Source: an uncultured Clostridia bacterium
GTDB lineage: Bacteria > Bacillota > Clostridia > Christensenellales > CAG-314
DNA length: 60,475 nt
NCBI GenBank assembly: GCA_947624235.1
Contig: CANQJK010000002.1
Coordinates: forward strand, 1-60,475
Reading direction: 5' to 3'
A program made the translations under genes and the position numbers. Under the pieces are notes generated by a model. It was not told the origin of the DNA and did no database searches. It worked only from the letters and a program-made list of their open reading frames with translations. Positions within the stretch are counted from its first letter, which is position 1, and every line of letters starts with the position of its first letter. Of this stretch, positions 28,998 through 38,944 are shown piece after piece.

Positions 28998-30288
28998 GGT
29001 GATCGGCGGGGGCTTTGCAGGTTGCGAAGCGTGCTATCAATTGCTCAAACGCGGTGCAGATGTTACTTTGGCGGAAATGAAACCGCTTAAACATTCGCCT
29101 GCGCACAAACTCGACACTCTTTGCGAGGTAGTTTGTTCCAATTCGTTCAAGAGCGACGATCCCGCAACATCCAGCGGATTGCTCAAAGCGGAAATGCGTC
29201 TTTTGGACAGCCTTACCTTGCGTATAGCCGAACAAAACAAAGTGCCCGCAGGCAATGCTTTGGCAGTGGACAGATATGCTTTTTCGCAAAAGATGACGCA
29301 GACATTGGAAGCGTATCCCAATTTTCACCGCGTGACGGAAGTGACGTCGTCATTAGATACAAATGATTACGATTTTGTCATTGTGGCAACAGGTCCGTTG
29401 ACTGACGAGGCGCTGATCCCTGTGTTCAACGAGCTGTTCGGAAGCAAATTTCTGTATTTTTTCGACGCCGTTGCGCCTATTGTCACGGCAGAGAGCATCG
29501 ATATGGACAGTGCGTTCGTCGCCAGTCGATACGGCAAGGGGGACGCAGACTATATCAACTGTCCCATGAACAGGGAACAATATCTTGCTTTTTACGACAG
29601 CCTTGTTTCCGCTGAAACGGTGGAGTTGAAAGATTTTGAAAATAACGTGTTCGAAGGCTGTATGCCCATAGAAGTCATGGCAAAACGCGGTACGGACACC
29701 ATGCGTTTCGGACCGCTCAAACCTGTCGGACTCCGAGACGCGCGCACAAATGAAAAGCCCTATGCTGTTCTTCAACTCAGAAAGGAGAATGTGGAAGGCA
29801 CGATGTACAACTTGGTGGGGTTTCAAACAAATCTCAAATACGGAGAACAAAAGAAAGTGTTCGGCATGATACCCGCATTGAGAAATGCCGAATTTGTACG
29901 CTACGGAGTCATGCACCGAAACACCTACATCAATGCGCCCAAATTTTTGAATAGCTTCTTTCAGTTGAAAAGCAATCCCAAACTTTTTTTTGCAGGACAA
30001 TTGACGGGCGTGGAAGGATACATGGAGTCCGCGGTCAGCGGATTGGTCGCGTCAATTGAGGCATGGCGGATATTCGGCGGAATGGAACCGCTGGTTTTTC
30101 CCACAGATACATTGACAGGCGCGTTGTGCAAGCATGTTTCTTGTGATTTCGGGGATTTTTCGCCAATGAACAGCAGTTTCGGAATACTCGATCCGCTATC
30201 GGAAAAGATACGTGACAAATCTCAACGCAAGGTCGCTTACGCCGATAGGGCGATCAATTCAATGTTAAATACAGTAAAAAACCTTTAA
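28987..30288 (+). CDS. trmFO: Methylenetetrahydrofolate--tRNA-(uracil54-C5)-methyltransferase TrmFO (Gid)
   Basis: '[11 protein letters not shown]' FAD motif and '[15 protein letters not shown]'. Conserved topA-trmFO-hslVU order. GTG start. Confidence 0.93.
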   Translation: MKVKVIGGGFAGCEACYQLLKRGADVTLAEMKPLKHSPAHKLDTLCEVVCSNSFKSDDPATSSGLLKAEMRLLDSLTLRIAEQNKVPAGNALAVDRYAFSQKMTQTLEAYPNFHRVTEVTSSLDTNDYDFVIVATGPLTDEALIPVFNELFGSKFLYFFDAVAPIVTAESIDMDSAFVASRYGKGDADYINCPMNREQYLAFYDSLVSAETVELKDFENNVFEGCMPIEVMAKRGTDTMRFGPLKPVGLRDARTNEKPYAVLQLRKENVEGTMYNLVGFQTNLKYGEQKKVFGMIPALRNAEFVRYGVMHRNTYINAPKFLNSFFQLKSNPKLFFAGQLTGVEGYMESAVSGLVASIEAWRIFGGMEPLVFPTDTLTGALCKHVSCDFGDFSPMNSSFGILDPLSEKIRDKSQRKVAYADRAINSMLNTVKNL

Positions 30289-30299
30289 GGAGTAATATT

Positions 30300-30851
30300 A
30301 TGTCAGAAGTTTTTGCTGATTCGATCAAAGGTACAACAATATGCGCCGTCAAGCGCAACGGGCAAATTGCCGTAGCGGGCGACGGGCAGGTGACGCAGGG
30401 ACAAAGCGTTATCATGAAGGGAAACGCAGTAAAAGTGCGTCGTATATACGACGGAAAGATCATCACAGGCTTTGCCGGTTCCGTTGCAGACGCTTTTACG
30501 CTTTCCGAGAAATTCGAGGAAATGTTGCAAAAGTTCAGCGGTAATTTACTGCGTTCGGCAGTAGAGGTGGCGCAACTGTGGCGCAGAGACAATGTGATGC
30601 GCAAATTAGAGGCAATGATGATCGTCGCCGACAAGGAAAACATTTTTTTGCTTTCAGGTAGCGGAGACGTCATCGAGCCTGATGACGGAGTGTGCGCTAT
30701 CGGTAGCGGAGGCAACTATGCGCTTGCCGCCGCGAAAGCGCTTTATCGCAACACAGATATGTCCGCAAAGGAGATCGCTCGTAAATCGCTGGAAATAGCA
30801 AGCGAAATATGCGTATTTACCAACGGACACATTACCGTAGAGGAGGCATAG
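30300..30851 (+). CDS. hslV: ATP-dependent protease subunit HslV
   Basis: '[21 protein letters not shown]' (N-terminal Thr nucleophile) and '[11 protein letters not shown]'. Confidence 0.93.
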   Translation: MSEVFADSIKGTTICAVKRNGQIAVAGDGQVTQGQSVIMKGNAVKVRRIYDGKIITGFAGSVADAFTLSEKFEEMLQKFSGNLLRSAVEVAQLWRRDNVMRKLEAMMIVADKENIFLLSGSGDVIEPDDGVCAIGSGGNYALAAAKALYRNTDMSAKEIARKSLEIASEICVFTNGHITVEEA

Positions 30852-30852
30852 C

Positions 30853-32139
30853 ATGACGCCGAAACAAATTGTAAATGAACTGGATCGTTACATCGTAGGT
30901 CAATTCAACGCAAAAAAAGCCGTTGCGATCGCTTTGCGCAACAGATACCGCAGAAGTCAATTGTCCCCCGCAGACCGTGAGGAAATTACCCCGAAAAACA
31001 TAATTATGAAAGGTCCGACGGGAGTGGGGAAAACGGAGATCGCTCGCAGACTGGCAAAACTGGTCAAAGCGCCTTTTTTGAAGGTGGAAGCCACAAAATA
31101 TACCGAAGTTGGTTATGTTGGCAGAGATGTCGAGAGCATGATAAGGGATCTTGTGGAAGTGGCTATCCGCCTTGTCAAGGACGAACGTTACAAAGAGGTG
31201 GAAGCTCGCGCATTCGAGCGTGCAGTGGAACGCGTTGCCGATCTGCTTATCAAGCAATCGAAGGAATTGCCCGAAGGGCTTACCAAGGTGGCGGTGATCG
31301 ATGAGGTATCCAAGCACAATCTCGATCAAATGCAAATAGAAATTTCCGTTGCCGACGTTCCGAAGCCCGTGGAATTGCAGGCTGGCGGCGGTGAAATAAA
31401 TATCGGAAGCATCTTTGGCGATATACTTCCCAAGAAAACAAAAAAACGTACCGTCACAGTTGAGGAAGCGTTGAGGATATTCGCCTCCGAAGAAAGCGAA
31501 AAGTTGATAGATCTTGACAGCGTGGAAAGCGAGGCATTGAAACGTGCCGAAAACGACGGAGTGATCTTTATCGACGAAATGGACAAGATCGCCGGTAAAT
31601 CGGCGCAAAACGGTCCCGACGTTTCACGCGAGGGCGTTCAAAGGGACATTTTGCCCATTGTGGAAGGTTGCACGGTATCCACAAAATACGGAAATATCAA
31701 AACGGACTACATTTTGTTTATTGCAAGCGGAGCGTTCCATGTGAGCAAAGTTTCCGATTTGATACCCGAATTGCAGGGACGTTTTCCCGTGTTGGTAGAG
31801 TTGGACAGCTTGGGAGTGGACGAGTTTATTAAAATTTTGACCGTTCCCGAAAATGCTATTACCGAGCAATACCGCAAACTTCTTGCCGTCGATAATATCG
31901 ATTTGAGTTTTACGGAGGACGGAATTGCGGAGATCGCCAACGTTGCATACGAACAGAACAACACTTTGGAAGATATAGGGGCGCGAAGGTTGCAAAGTAT
32001 AATGGAACATATCGTGGAAGATATTTCCTACGATATCGACGAGGAAGGTACGTCCAGAAAGGCGGTCGTTATCGACAAGGCTTATGTAGAAAAGAACTTC
32101 CGAACCGAATCGCGCAATCTCAAAAAATACGTTTTGTAA
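30853..32139 (+). CDS. hslU: ATP-dependent protease ATPase subunit HslU
   Basis: 'LTPKQIV..LDRYIVGQ', Walker A 'GPTGVGKTEIARRLA', Walker B 'GVIFIDEMDKI', and 'RFPVLVEL'. Confidence 0.93.
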   Translation: MTPKQIVNELDRYIVGQFNAKKAVAIALRNRYRRSQLSPADREEITPKNIIMKGPTGVGKTEIARRLAKLVKAPFLKVEATKYTEVGYVGRDVESMIRDLVEVAIRLVKDERYKEVEARAFERAVERVADLLIKQSKELPEGLTKVAVIDEVSKHNLDQMQIEISVADVPKPVELQAGGGEINIGSIFGDILPKKTKKRTVTVEEALRIFASEESEKLIDLDSVESEALKRAENDGVIFIDEMDKIAGKSAQNGPDVSREGVQRDILPIVEGCTVSTKYGNIKTDYILFIASGAFHVSKVSDLIPELQGRFPVLVELDSLGVDEFIKILTVPENAITEQYRKLLAVDNIDLSFTEDGIAEIANVAYEQNNTLEDIGARRLQSIMEHIVEDISYDIDEEGTSRKAVVIDKAYVEKNFRTESRNLKKYVL

Positions 32140-32151
32140 CAGGAGAATACA

Positions 32152-33945
32152 ATGTCAGAACTATTAAACGGACAACGCCGTAGCCTGATGTGTGGCGATG
32201 TTTCGACGGAACACATAGGAAAAGAACTTACGCTTATGGGTTGGGTGCACAGACGTCGCGACCTTGGCGGACTTATATTTTTGCAATTGAGAGACCGTAG
32301 CGGGATAGTGCAAATTGTTTTCGACACCGATGTTTGCGCGAAAAGTTTGTTGGAAAAGGCGTCAACGATCAAGTTGGAATACGTAATTTCCGTATCGGGC
32401 AAGGTGCGCAGAAGAGTGGGCAACAACGTCAATCCCAACATGAAAACGGGAGAAGTCGAACTTGTCGCAGAGGATTTGAAAATACTGTCCGAAGCGGACA
32501 CAACCCCCTTTTCGATTGGAGACGACGGAGCCAACGAGGCTTTGCGGTTAAAATACAGATATCTGGATCTGCGCAGACCTGATTTACAGCAAAATCTTGT
32601 TGTTCGCAGTAAAATTTACCAGATCACGCGCAATTATTTGACGGAAAACGGTTTTATCGAAGTGGAAACGCCGATGTTGGGCAAGTCAACGCCTGAGGGC
32701 GCGCGCGACTATCTTGTGCCCAGCCGTATTAGAAAAGGCAGTTTTTACGCTTTACCGCAATCTCCGCAACTGTACAAGCAGTTGCTTATGATCGGGGGCA
32801 TAGACAGATATTTTCAGATAGCAAAATGTTTTCGCGATGAGGATCTTCGTGCCAATCGGCAACCGGAATTTACGCAAATAGACCTTGAAATGAGTTTTGT
32901 CGATCAGGAAGAAGAAGTCATGACTTTGACCGAGGGTTTGCTTGTGGAGATGTTCAAAAAAATTCGCGGTGTGGATCTTCCCGAACACTTTTTGAGATTG
33001 CCTTGGACGGAGTGCATGGATCGCTTCGGATCGGATAAGCCTGACTTGCGTTTCGGAATGGAAATTCAAAATTTGGACGATACTGTTAAAGACAGCGCTT
33101 TCGCCGTCTTTTCCAACGCTTTGAAGCAGGGTGGTACCGTCAGAGCAATTGTGCTTAAACAGGGCGCCGACAAGCTTTCCCGCAAGGAGCTGGACAAGCT
33201 TGCGGAATTCGTCAAAACCTACAAGGCAAAAGGACTTGCCTGGTACGGATTGGGCAAGGAGGGCACAAAGTGCAGTTTTGCCAAGGCTGTATCGGAAGAG
33301 GAATTGCATTCCATTGCCAAGGCGCTGTCTATGGAACAGGGCGACATAGCATTTTTTGTGGCAAGCGATTGGCAGACCGCAGTAGTAAGTCTTGGTGCGC
33401 TTCGTTGTCACTTGGCGAGTAAATTCGAGTTGTATTGCGAGGGCGACTTCGCCTGTCTGTGGGTAGTGGACTTTCCGCTATTTGAATATTCCGAAGAAGA
33501 GGGCAGGTTTGTTGCCATGCATCACCCCTTTACCAGCCCCAAAAACGAAGATCTGCAATATATGAAAACCGATCCCGCACGCGTGCGCGCAAAAGCGTAT
33601 GACGTGGTCATAAACGGCGACGAGATGGGTGGTGGCTCGATGCGTATCTACAACCGCGATGTGCAAAAATTGATGTTCGAAACGCTTGGATTCAGCGACG
33701 AACAAATAGCAGATCGCTTTGGGTTCTTTGTGGACGCATTCAAGTACGGAACGCCTCCTCACGGCGGATTGGCTCTCGGGTTGGACAGATTGGTAATGGT
33801 TTTGACGGGCTCGACAAACATCAAGGACGTTATCGCCTTCCCCAAGATGCAAAACGCAAGCGACATGATGAGCGACGCGCCTTCGCCCGTAGAAGATAAA
33901 CAGCTCAAAGAGCTTTCCATTTTATGCGAGGAACACGATGACTGA
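32152..33945 (+). CDS. aspS: Aspartate--tRNA ligase
   Basis: Class II motifs 'FRDEDLRANRQPEFTQID', 'GGGSMRI', 'HGGLALGLDRL', plus the N-terminal OB anticodon domain. Confidence 0.95.
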   Translation: MSELLNGQRRSLMCGDVSTEHIGKELTLMGWVHRRRDLGGLIFLQLRDRSGIVQIVFDTDVCAKSLLEKASTIKLEYVISVSGKVRRRVGNNVNPNMKTGEVELVAEDLKILSEADTTPFSIGDDGANEALRLKYRYLDLRRPDLQQNLVVRSKIYQITRNYLTENGFIEVETPMLGKSTPEGARDYLVPSRIRKGSFYALPQSPQLYKQLLMIGGIDRYFQIAKCFRDEDLRANRQPEFTQIDLEMSFVDQEEEVMTLTEGLLVEMFKKIRGVDLPEHFLRLPWTECMDRFGSDKPDLRFGMEIQNLDDTVKDSAFAVFSNALKQGGTVRAIVLKQGADKLSRKELDKLAEFVKTYKAKGLAWYGLGKEGTKCSFAKAVSEEELHSIAKALSMEQGDIAFFVASDWQTAVVSLGALRCHLASKFELYCEGDFACLWVVDFPLFEYSEEEGRFVAMHHPFTSPKNEDLQYMKTDPARVRAKAYDVVINGDEMGGGSMRIYNRDVQKLMFETLGFSDEQIADRFGFFVDAFKYGTPPHGGLALGLDRLVMVLTGSTNIKDVIAFPKMQNASDMMSDAPSPVEDKQLKELSILCEEHDD

Positions 33946-34462
33946 GCGAGGCGTTGTACTGGATACTGATAAAGAATATGCCAAAGTGCGCGTAGAACGC
34001 AATTCTGCCTGCGCCTCCTGCGGAAAATGCGGCATGACAGAGGGGCAGAGACATGTCGATTTTTACGCTCGCAATGAAGTAGGCGCACAGATCGGCAACG
34101 TTGTTTCTTTGGATATTCCCGAAACAAACAGCGCGAAATTGGCGTTTGTAGGTTACTTTTTGCCATTGGTGCCCGCTTTGGCGCTGATGTTTCTTTCCGT
34201 TGGACTCAATTGGGACGATTGGCTGTCGGCAGTGCTCTTTTTTGTAGGGCTATCCGTTGGTTTTGCGTTAGTCGCGCTTATTGACAAATTGTTTCGTCAC
34301 AAGTGGATGGAAACTCCGCAAATTTTGGAAATATTGCATGTTGACGGCGATCAACGATCTGCGCAACAGCAAGGCGATGACGTAAAAAGCGAAAGCGACG
34401 CAATTTCAAGTACCGAACAAAACGATCAAATAAATGGACAAGGAGATAATAAAAATGAGTAA
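33938..34462 (+). CDS. RseC/MucC family (SoxR-reducing-system-like) membrane protein
   Basis: N-terminal 'RGVVLDTDKEYAKVRVERNSACASCGKCG', followed by two TM helices and an acidic low-complexity tail. Confidence 0.7.
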   Translation: MTERGVVLDTDKEYAKVRVERNSACASCGKCGMTEGQRHVDFYARNEVGAQIGNVVSLDIPETNSAKLAFVGYFLPLVPALALMFLSVGLNWDDWLSAVLFFVGLSVGFALVALIDKLFRHKWMETPQILEILHVDGDQRSAQQQGDDVKSESDAISSTEQNDQINGQGDNKNE

Positions 34463-34766
34463 AATTCCCGATGTGGCAACAAATTTCGATGAGTTTATCA
34501 AAAGCGGAACGGTCGTAGTGGACTTTTGGGCTACTTGGTGCGGTCCGTGCAAAATGCTTGCGCCTATCCTCGACGAAGTTGCGGAAAAGTTGACCGATGT
34601 CAAATTCGGCAAAGTGGACGTGGACAACGCCATGGAACTTGCAAAACGCTTCAAGATAGTGTCTATTCCCAATGTCTGCATTTTCAAGAACGGCGAGTTG
34701 GTGGATCGCATAATAGGCTTGTGCGATGAGGACGAACTGACCGAAACGATTTCCAAACACATTTGA
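34455..34766 (+). CDS. trxA: Thioredoxin
   Basis: 'VVVDFWATWCGPCKMLAPIL' contains the WCGPC active site. Confidence 0.92.
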   Translation: MSKIPDVATNFDEFIKSGTVVVDFWATWCGPCKMLAPILDEVAEKLTDVKFGKVDVDNAMELAKRFKIVSIPNVCIFKNGELVDRIIGLCDEDELTETISKHI

Positions 34767-34780
34767 AACGTATAAGGACC

Positions 34781-34811
34781 AAAGCGACCGTGTTTTTCGG
34801 TCGCTTTTTTT
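34781..34811 (+). terminator. Intrinsic terminator after trxA
   Basis: agcgaccg(34783-34790)/cggtcgct(34798-34805), then a T-run to 34811. Confidence 0.8.
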
Positions 34812-34920
34812 GGGTTCTATAATAAATGTTGGGGTGTGAGAAAATATAGAGCAAAGACTCTTTTTCAGTGTATAATTGAATTGGTAAAAACCACTGGGAA
34901 AAAGGGAGATTGCTCTATGG
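34812..34920 (+). repeat. Rearranged family-B repeat copy lacking the long hairpin
   Basis: 'gggttctataataaatgttggggtgtgag' (34812-34840) and 'tataattgaattgg' (34871-34884) match the B blocks 'ggctctgtgtcaaatgttggggtgtag' and 'tataattgaatcgg'. About 30 nt of unrelated sequence lies between them. 'tgctctatgg' at 34911-34920 restarts a unit. Confidence 0.55.
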
Positions 34921-35188
34921 ATAATTGTATCACGAAGTTACCGAATTTAGAAAAAGTTTTTTATTGATTATAATTTAATTAAATTTACTCATTGAGCGAT
35001 TGCTTTAATGGCAAAAAACAAGTAATGAGTAAAAACTTGTCTTTTTATCAAGCTGTTTTGAAGTCGCTTTGCATAAATAGTGCTTATCGCGACAACTTCG
35101 TTTCTGTCAAATTATGCACCGCGTGGCAGGACTTTTCGAATTATTTTCGCACAATCATTTCAAATTTATATTTCTGTGTCTAAAACAT

Positions 35189-35217
35189 TTGACGTAAGAC
35201 TACAATAGTGGTAAAAT
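35189..35217 (+). promoter_or_regulatory. Sigma-A-type promoter for the Rrf2-nifS-nifU operon
   Basis: TTGACG(35189-35194), 17 nt, TAAAAT(35212-35217), with TGg immediately upstream (extended -10). Confidence 0.5.
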
Positions 35218-35247
35218 TATTCATAGTAAATTAGTGGGAATTGACCT

Positions 35248-35652
35248 ATGAAAATGTCGTCGAAAGCAAGATACGGCTTGTATGTCGCTGTTGAACTTGC
35301 CAAAAACTACAAAAACAATGACTATATCAATGTGTCAACGCTTTCGCAGGCTACGGGTGTTACGGAAAAATACCTGGAACAAATAATTGCTTTGATGAAA
35401 AAAGCCGACATCGTGTCTGCAACGCGCGGAGCCACAGGCGGATACAAATTGACAGCCGATCCCAACGATATAACAGTGGGACAAGTGTTGCGCGCCGTTG
35501 AGGACAACCTTGAAATAGTAGATTGTCTGCATGCGGAATGTGCTCAGCGTCGCAAATGCGTTGCGCGCAATTTGTGGGGCAAGCTTTACGACAACATCAA
35601 TTCGTATCTGGACACAATTTCTCTCACACAACTTGCGGAGGATGATTTATGA
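35248..35652 (+). CDS. Rrf2 family transcriptional regulator (IscR/CymR-like)
   Basis: 'SSKARYGLYVAVELA', HTH 'VSTLSQATGVTEKYLEQII', 'RGATGGYKL', and a Cys cluster 'CLHAECAQRRKC'. Confidence 0.85.
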   Translation: MKMSSKARYGLYVAVELAKNYKNNDYINVSTLSQATGVTEKYLEQIIALMKKADIVSATRGATGGYKLTADPNDITVGQVLRAVEDNLEIVDCLHAECAQRRKCVARNLWGKLYDNINSYLDTISLTQLAEDDL

Positions 35653-36830
35653 AAGTTTACGCTGACCATGCGGCCACAACTCCATGTGACAAACGCGTGG
35701 TAGAGGAAATGTTACCTTTTTTTACCGATGTGTACGGCAATGCGAACAGTCAACATTTTTATGGCAGAGACACTGCCAAAGCCGTCGCCGAAGCGCGCGC
35801 AACGATCGCAACGTTGATCGGTTGCAAATCCAACGAACTTTATTTTACGGGAAGCGGTACCGAGGCGGATAACTGGGCGTTGAAAGGCGTTGCGTTGCAC
35901 AAAAGGGACAAGGGAAACCATATAATTATTTCGGCGATAGAACATCATGCAATATTGGTCGCCGCCGAATGGTTGGAAAACAACGGTTTCAGAGTGACGC
36001 GTTTGCCAGTTGACAGCACGGGATTGGTGCATGTAGAAGATCTTGAAAAAGCTATCGACGATAAGACAACGATCGTTTCCGTTATGTATGCCAACAACGA
36101 AGTAGGTACGATCCAACCGATAAGAGAATTGGCGGATGTGGCGCACAAACACGGAGCGTTGTTCCATAGCGACTGCGTACAGGCTATGCCATATCTGGAC
36201 GTTAATGTCGGCGATTTAGGCGTAGACTTGCTCAGCATGTCGGGACACAAATTTTATGGTCCAAAGGGTGTTGGCGCCTTGTATATCCGCAACGGAGTAA
36301 AGTTGGATAAACTTATCTGTGGCGGAGGGCAGGAACGCGCTCAACGCGGAGGAACAACAAATACCCCCGCAGTCGTGGGCATGGCGCGCGCTTTACAGAT
36401 CAGCAGACAGGAAATGGCGGTAAACAATGCGCATATTGTCGCTTTGCGCGATCACTTTGAAGAAAGAGTGGAAAAGGAGATACCCTATATTCGGCAAAAC
36501 GGCAACAAACAACACAGAGTGCCGAGCATATCCAATTATAGTTTCGAATTTGTCGAAGGCGAAGGCATACTTATGTTGTTGGATTTCAACGGGATCGCCG
36601 TTTCCAGCGGATCGGCTTGCAGTAGCGGAAGCTTGGATCCGTCCCATGTCTTGTTGGCTATGGGAGTTCCGATAGAAGTCTCGCACGGATCCATTCGATT
36701 CAGTTTCGGCAAGGATAACACAATGGAAGAGGTGGACTACATTGTAGACAAACTCAAAGAAACCATTTCTAAATTGCGCGAAATGTCACCGTTATTCGAT
36801 TTGAAAAAAGGAGGTACTTACAATGTATAA
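35649..36830 (+). CDS. nifS: Cysteine desulfurase (NifS/IscS type)
   Basis: 'FTGSGTEADNWA', PLP-lysine 'SMSGHKFYGPKGVGALY', and active-site 'SSGSACSSGS'. Confidence 0.92.
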   Translation: MKVYADHAATTPCDKRVVEEMLPFFTDVYGNANSQHFYGRDTAKAVAEARATIATLIGCKSNELYFTGSGTEADNWALKGVALHKRDKGNHIIISAIEHHAILVAAEWLENNGFRVTRLPVDSTGLVHVEDLEKAIDDKTTIVSVMYANNEVGTIQPIRELADVAHKHGALFHSDCVQAMPYLDVNVGDLGVDLLSMSGHKFYGPKGVGALYIRNGVKLDKLICGGGQERAQRGGTTNTPAVVGMARALQISRQEMAVNNAHIVALRDHFEERVEKEIPYIRQNGNKQHRVPSISNYSFEFVEGEGILMLLDFNGIAVSSGSACSSGSLDPSHVLLAMGVPIEVSHGSIRFSFGKDNTMEEVDYIVDKLKETISKLREMSPLFDLKKGGTYNV

Positions 36831-37227
36831 TCAAAAAGTTTTGGACGCGTTTGCACATCCGCAAAATGTCGGTGAGATAGAAAATCCCGACGGCGAGGGA
36901 ACGGTGGGAAATGCCACCTGCGGAGATATCATGCGCATAACGTTGCGTATAGTAGACGATAGAATAGTGGACGCAAAATTCCAGACTTTCGGATGCGCCG
37001 CGGCGATAGCAACCAGTTCGACGGCTACGCAAATGGTGATCGGAATGACGGTTGACGAAGCGTTGCAACTTACGAATGCGAGAGTTGTGGAAGAGTTGGA
37101 AGGCTTGCCTCCGCAAAAAATTCACTGTTCTGTGCTTGCCGAAGAAGCGATAAAAAAGGCGATAGAAGATTACCGCGCCAAAAAAGAAAACAAAACAGTA
37201 GACAAATCTCACATCGATTATGTGTGA
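36823..37227 (+). CDS. nifU: Fe-S cluster assembly scaffold NifU/IscU
   Basis: 'GNATCGDIM', 'FQTFGCAAAIATSS', 'KIHCSVLAEEAI'. Confidence 0.92.
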   Translation: MYNQKVLDAFAHPQNVGEIENPDGEGTVGNATCGDIMRITLRIVDDRIVDAKFQTFGCAAAIATSSTATQMVIGMTVDEALQLTNARVVEELEGLPPQKIHCSVLAEEAIKKAIEDYRAKKENKTVDKSHIDYV

Positions 37228-37279
37228 TGTCTCTTGCTGTACGGCAATAACCTGAGTTAAAAAAATGGCAAAATGCATC

Positions 37280-37326
37280 TCCAAAGCAATGCTTGATTTA
37301 AGTTGCTTTGGACGGTGCGTTTTTTC
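37280..37326 (+). terminator. Probable terminator after nifU
   Basis: 10-bp stem tccaaagcaa(37280-37289)/ttgctttgga(37303-37312). The T6 run starts 7 nt later (37320-37326), which is atypical spacing. Confidence 0.45.
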
Positions 37327-37539
37327 TACTTTTGAGTCAAACAGAAGCGTCTTTTCGGTTACTATTTTTCTCTGGAACAATTGACAAATTTGCAAAACAG
37401 GCAATTTTTATCATAAGAATACCTGAATTTGACGATTTAGAGAATACTATTACAGACATACTATATGTTTTTTGACAAATTTTGCATATTTTTTCACATT
37501 TTTTTTCAAACTAACCACATAAACGCTTTGGGAGGAATT

Positions 37540-37662
37540 ATGAAAAGACTTTTGATAGGAATGGCATTGGGCGTGGCAACGGGAATGATCGTAAGCGAAA
37601 TTCCTCAGGTGCAAAAAATGCTCAACAAAGGCAAGAAGAAAGTTAAAGAAATAGCAAAGTAA
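37540..37662 (+). CDS. Hypothetical 40-aa membrane-anchored peptide
   Basis: 'MKRLLIGMALGVATGMIVSEIPQVQKMLNKGKKKVKEIAK'. Strong RBS gggagg 5-6 nt upstream and a terminator downstream. I recognise no family. Confidence 0.4.
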   Translation: MKRLLIGMALGVATGMIVSEIPQVQKMLNKGKKKVKEIAK

Positions 37663-37723
37663 CTTTGCGATCAAATTTGTTCTGCGTTGCAGGCAAAGCG
37701 GTGTCATTATAAGGCGTCGACTG

Positions 37724-37752
37724 AAAGACCGCGTTTATGGCGCGGTCTTTTG
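37724..37752 (+). terminator. Intrinsic terminator
   Basis: aaagaccgcg(37724-37733)/cgcggtcttt(37741-37750), then ttgg. Confidence 0.65.
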
Positions 37753-37829
37753 GTATCGAAATTTTGTGAGAATATCTTTTGAAAAATATATTGTCAACGA
37801 GCAGTGTTTTGTGTTACAATAAATTCGAT

Positions 37830-38246
37830 ATGGGAAGAATAATGGCGTTGGATATCGGCGATGTCCGCATAGGAATTGCAATTTCCGACTTGATGCACAT
37901 AATTGCCAATCCGTTGGAGACATATACGCGTAAAGGCAATTTGCAAGCAGACGCGGAATATATTGTCGATATTGCAAAGGAAAAAGACGTTGAATTGATG
38001 ATTTCGGGTTTACCGCTGGGATTAAAGGGCGAAGAAAACGTACAAACGGCAAAAACGCGCGAATTCGTCGATAAACTCAAAGAAATTTGCGATGTTCCTA
38101 TCGAATATCTTGACGAACGCTTTACAACAATATCTGCCGAGCGTGTTTTGATAGAGGGAAATCTCCGACGCGAAAAACGCAAAAAAGTCATAGATAAAGT
38201 GGCGGCGACTATTATTTTGCAAAATTATTTGGATAAAAAAAGATAA
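37830..38246 (+). CDS. ruvX: Putative pre-16S rRNA nuclease / Holliday junction resolvase-like RuvX (YqgF)
   Basis: 'IMALDIGDVRIGIAISD', 'DERFTTISAE', 'KVIDKVAATIILQNYL'. Confidence 0.9.
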   Translation: MGRIMALDIGDVRIGIAISDLMHIIANPLETYTRKGNLQADAEYIVDIAKEKDVELMISGLPLGLKGEENVQTAKTREFVDKLKEICDVPIEYLDERFTTISAERVLIEGNLRREKRKKVIDKVAATIILQNYLDKKR

Positions 38247-38259
38247 AACGGAGGTAAAA

Positions 38260-38652
38260 ATGGACGAGAAAGAAAAGAAGCAACACGATTGTGATTGCCA
38301 ACACGAGCACGATGAACACTGCGATTGCGGATGCGAAGATGTAGACGAAGACGTCATTATGCTCGAAGACGAGGACGGCAACGAGATTCCTTTCTATCAC
38401 ATCGCGACTTTGGAACGCGACGGCAAGGAATACGCTTGCTTGCAACAGGCGGAGGACGAGGATCCGATAATCGAGATTTTCGAACTTCAAGAAGTGGAAG
38501 AGGACGACGACGTTTACTACAACTTTCTTCCCATCGACGATGAGTTGTACGAGTCTTTGTACAAACAGTTGGTAGAGGAAGTCAACAGTTCCGTTGACGG
38601 CGACTGCGACGATCCCGATTGCGCCTGCCATCATCACGACGATGACGATTGA
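38260..38652 (+). CDS. DUF1292 family protein with Cys/His/Asp-rich termini
   Basis: The core 'VIMLEDEDGNEIPFYHIATLERDGKEYACLQ...IFEL' matches the DUF1292 pattern, and the gene follows ruvX as in many Bacillota. The tails are 'HDCDCQHEHDEHCDCGCED' and 'DGDCDDPDCACHHHDDDD'. Confidence 0.75.
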   Translation: MDEKEKKQHDCDCQHEHDEHCDCGCEDVDEDVIMLEDEDGNEIPFYHIATLERDGKEYACLQQAEDEDPIIEIFELQEVEEDDDVYYNFLPIDDELYESLYKQLVEEVNSSVDGDCDDPDCACHHHDDDD

Positions 38653-38716
38653 CGAGCAAATTCGATTTTCATTGTCGGCTTGGCGACTTTTGTTGCAAAT
38701 CAAATGATGAACGAAT

Positions 38717-38760
38717 TCCCCCTTTTGCGTTCTGCGATAGGGGGATTTTGTTGTATTTTT
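38717..38760 (+). terminator. Probable terminator after the DUF1292 gene
   Basis: tccccc(38717-38722)/ggggga(38740-38745), then ttttgttgtattttt. Confidence 0.45.
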
Positions 38761-38944
38761 AGCAGGGGTTTTGATATTTTTGCTTGAAGCGATTAGTTAC
38801 TTTCGGTAGTGTTGACGAAAAAAAAGTACTTTTTGATTTGTAAAATCAGATCACGCTTTATTTGCGCTATACGGCGAGAGTGACAGTATGAATGTATGTT
38901 ATGAAGTTGACTTGTTACGAAACTTCGTCGCATAAATTCCGCTC

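Noticed and set aside
32140-32151. An expected T-box or other leader upstream of aspS. Riboswitches were also looked for upstream of pta, the DAHP synthase, ribF and ispG.
   Set aside because: The intergenic gaps are only 5-50 nt; hslU-aspS is 12 nt. No leader RNA can fit, so these genes are simply co-transcribed with their upstream neighbours.
34992-35183. A 63-aa + strand ORF in the trxA-Rrf2 spacer.
   Set aside because: It has a TTG start without an RBS, and it runs through the predicted Rrf2 operon promoter region and repeat-derived sequence. No family resemblance.
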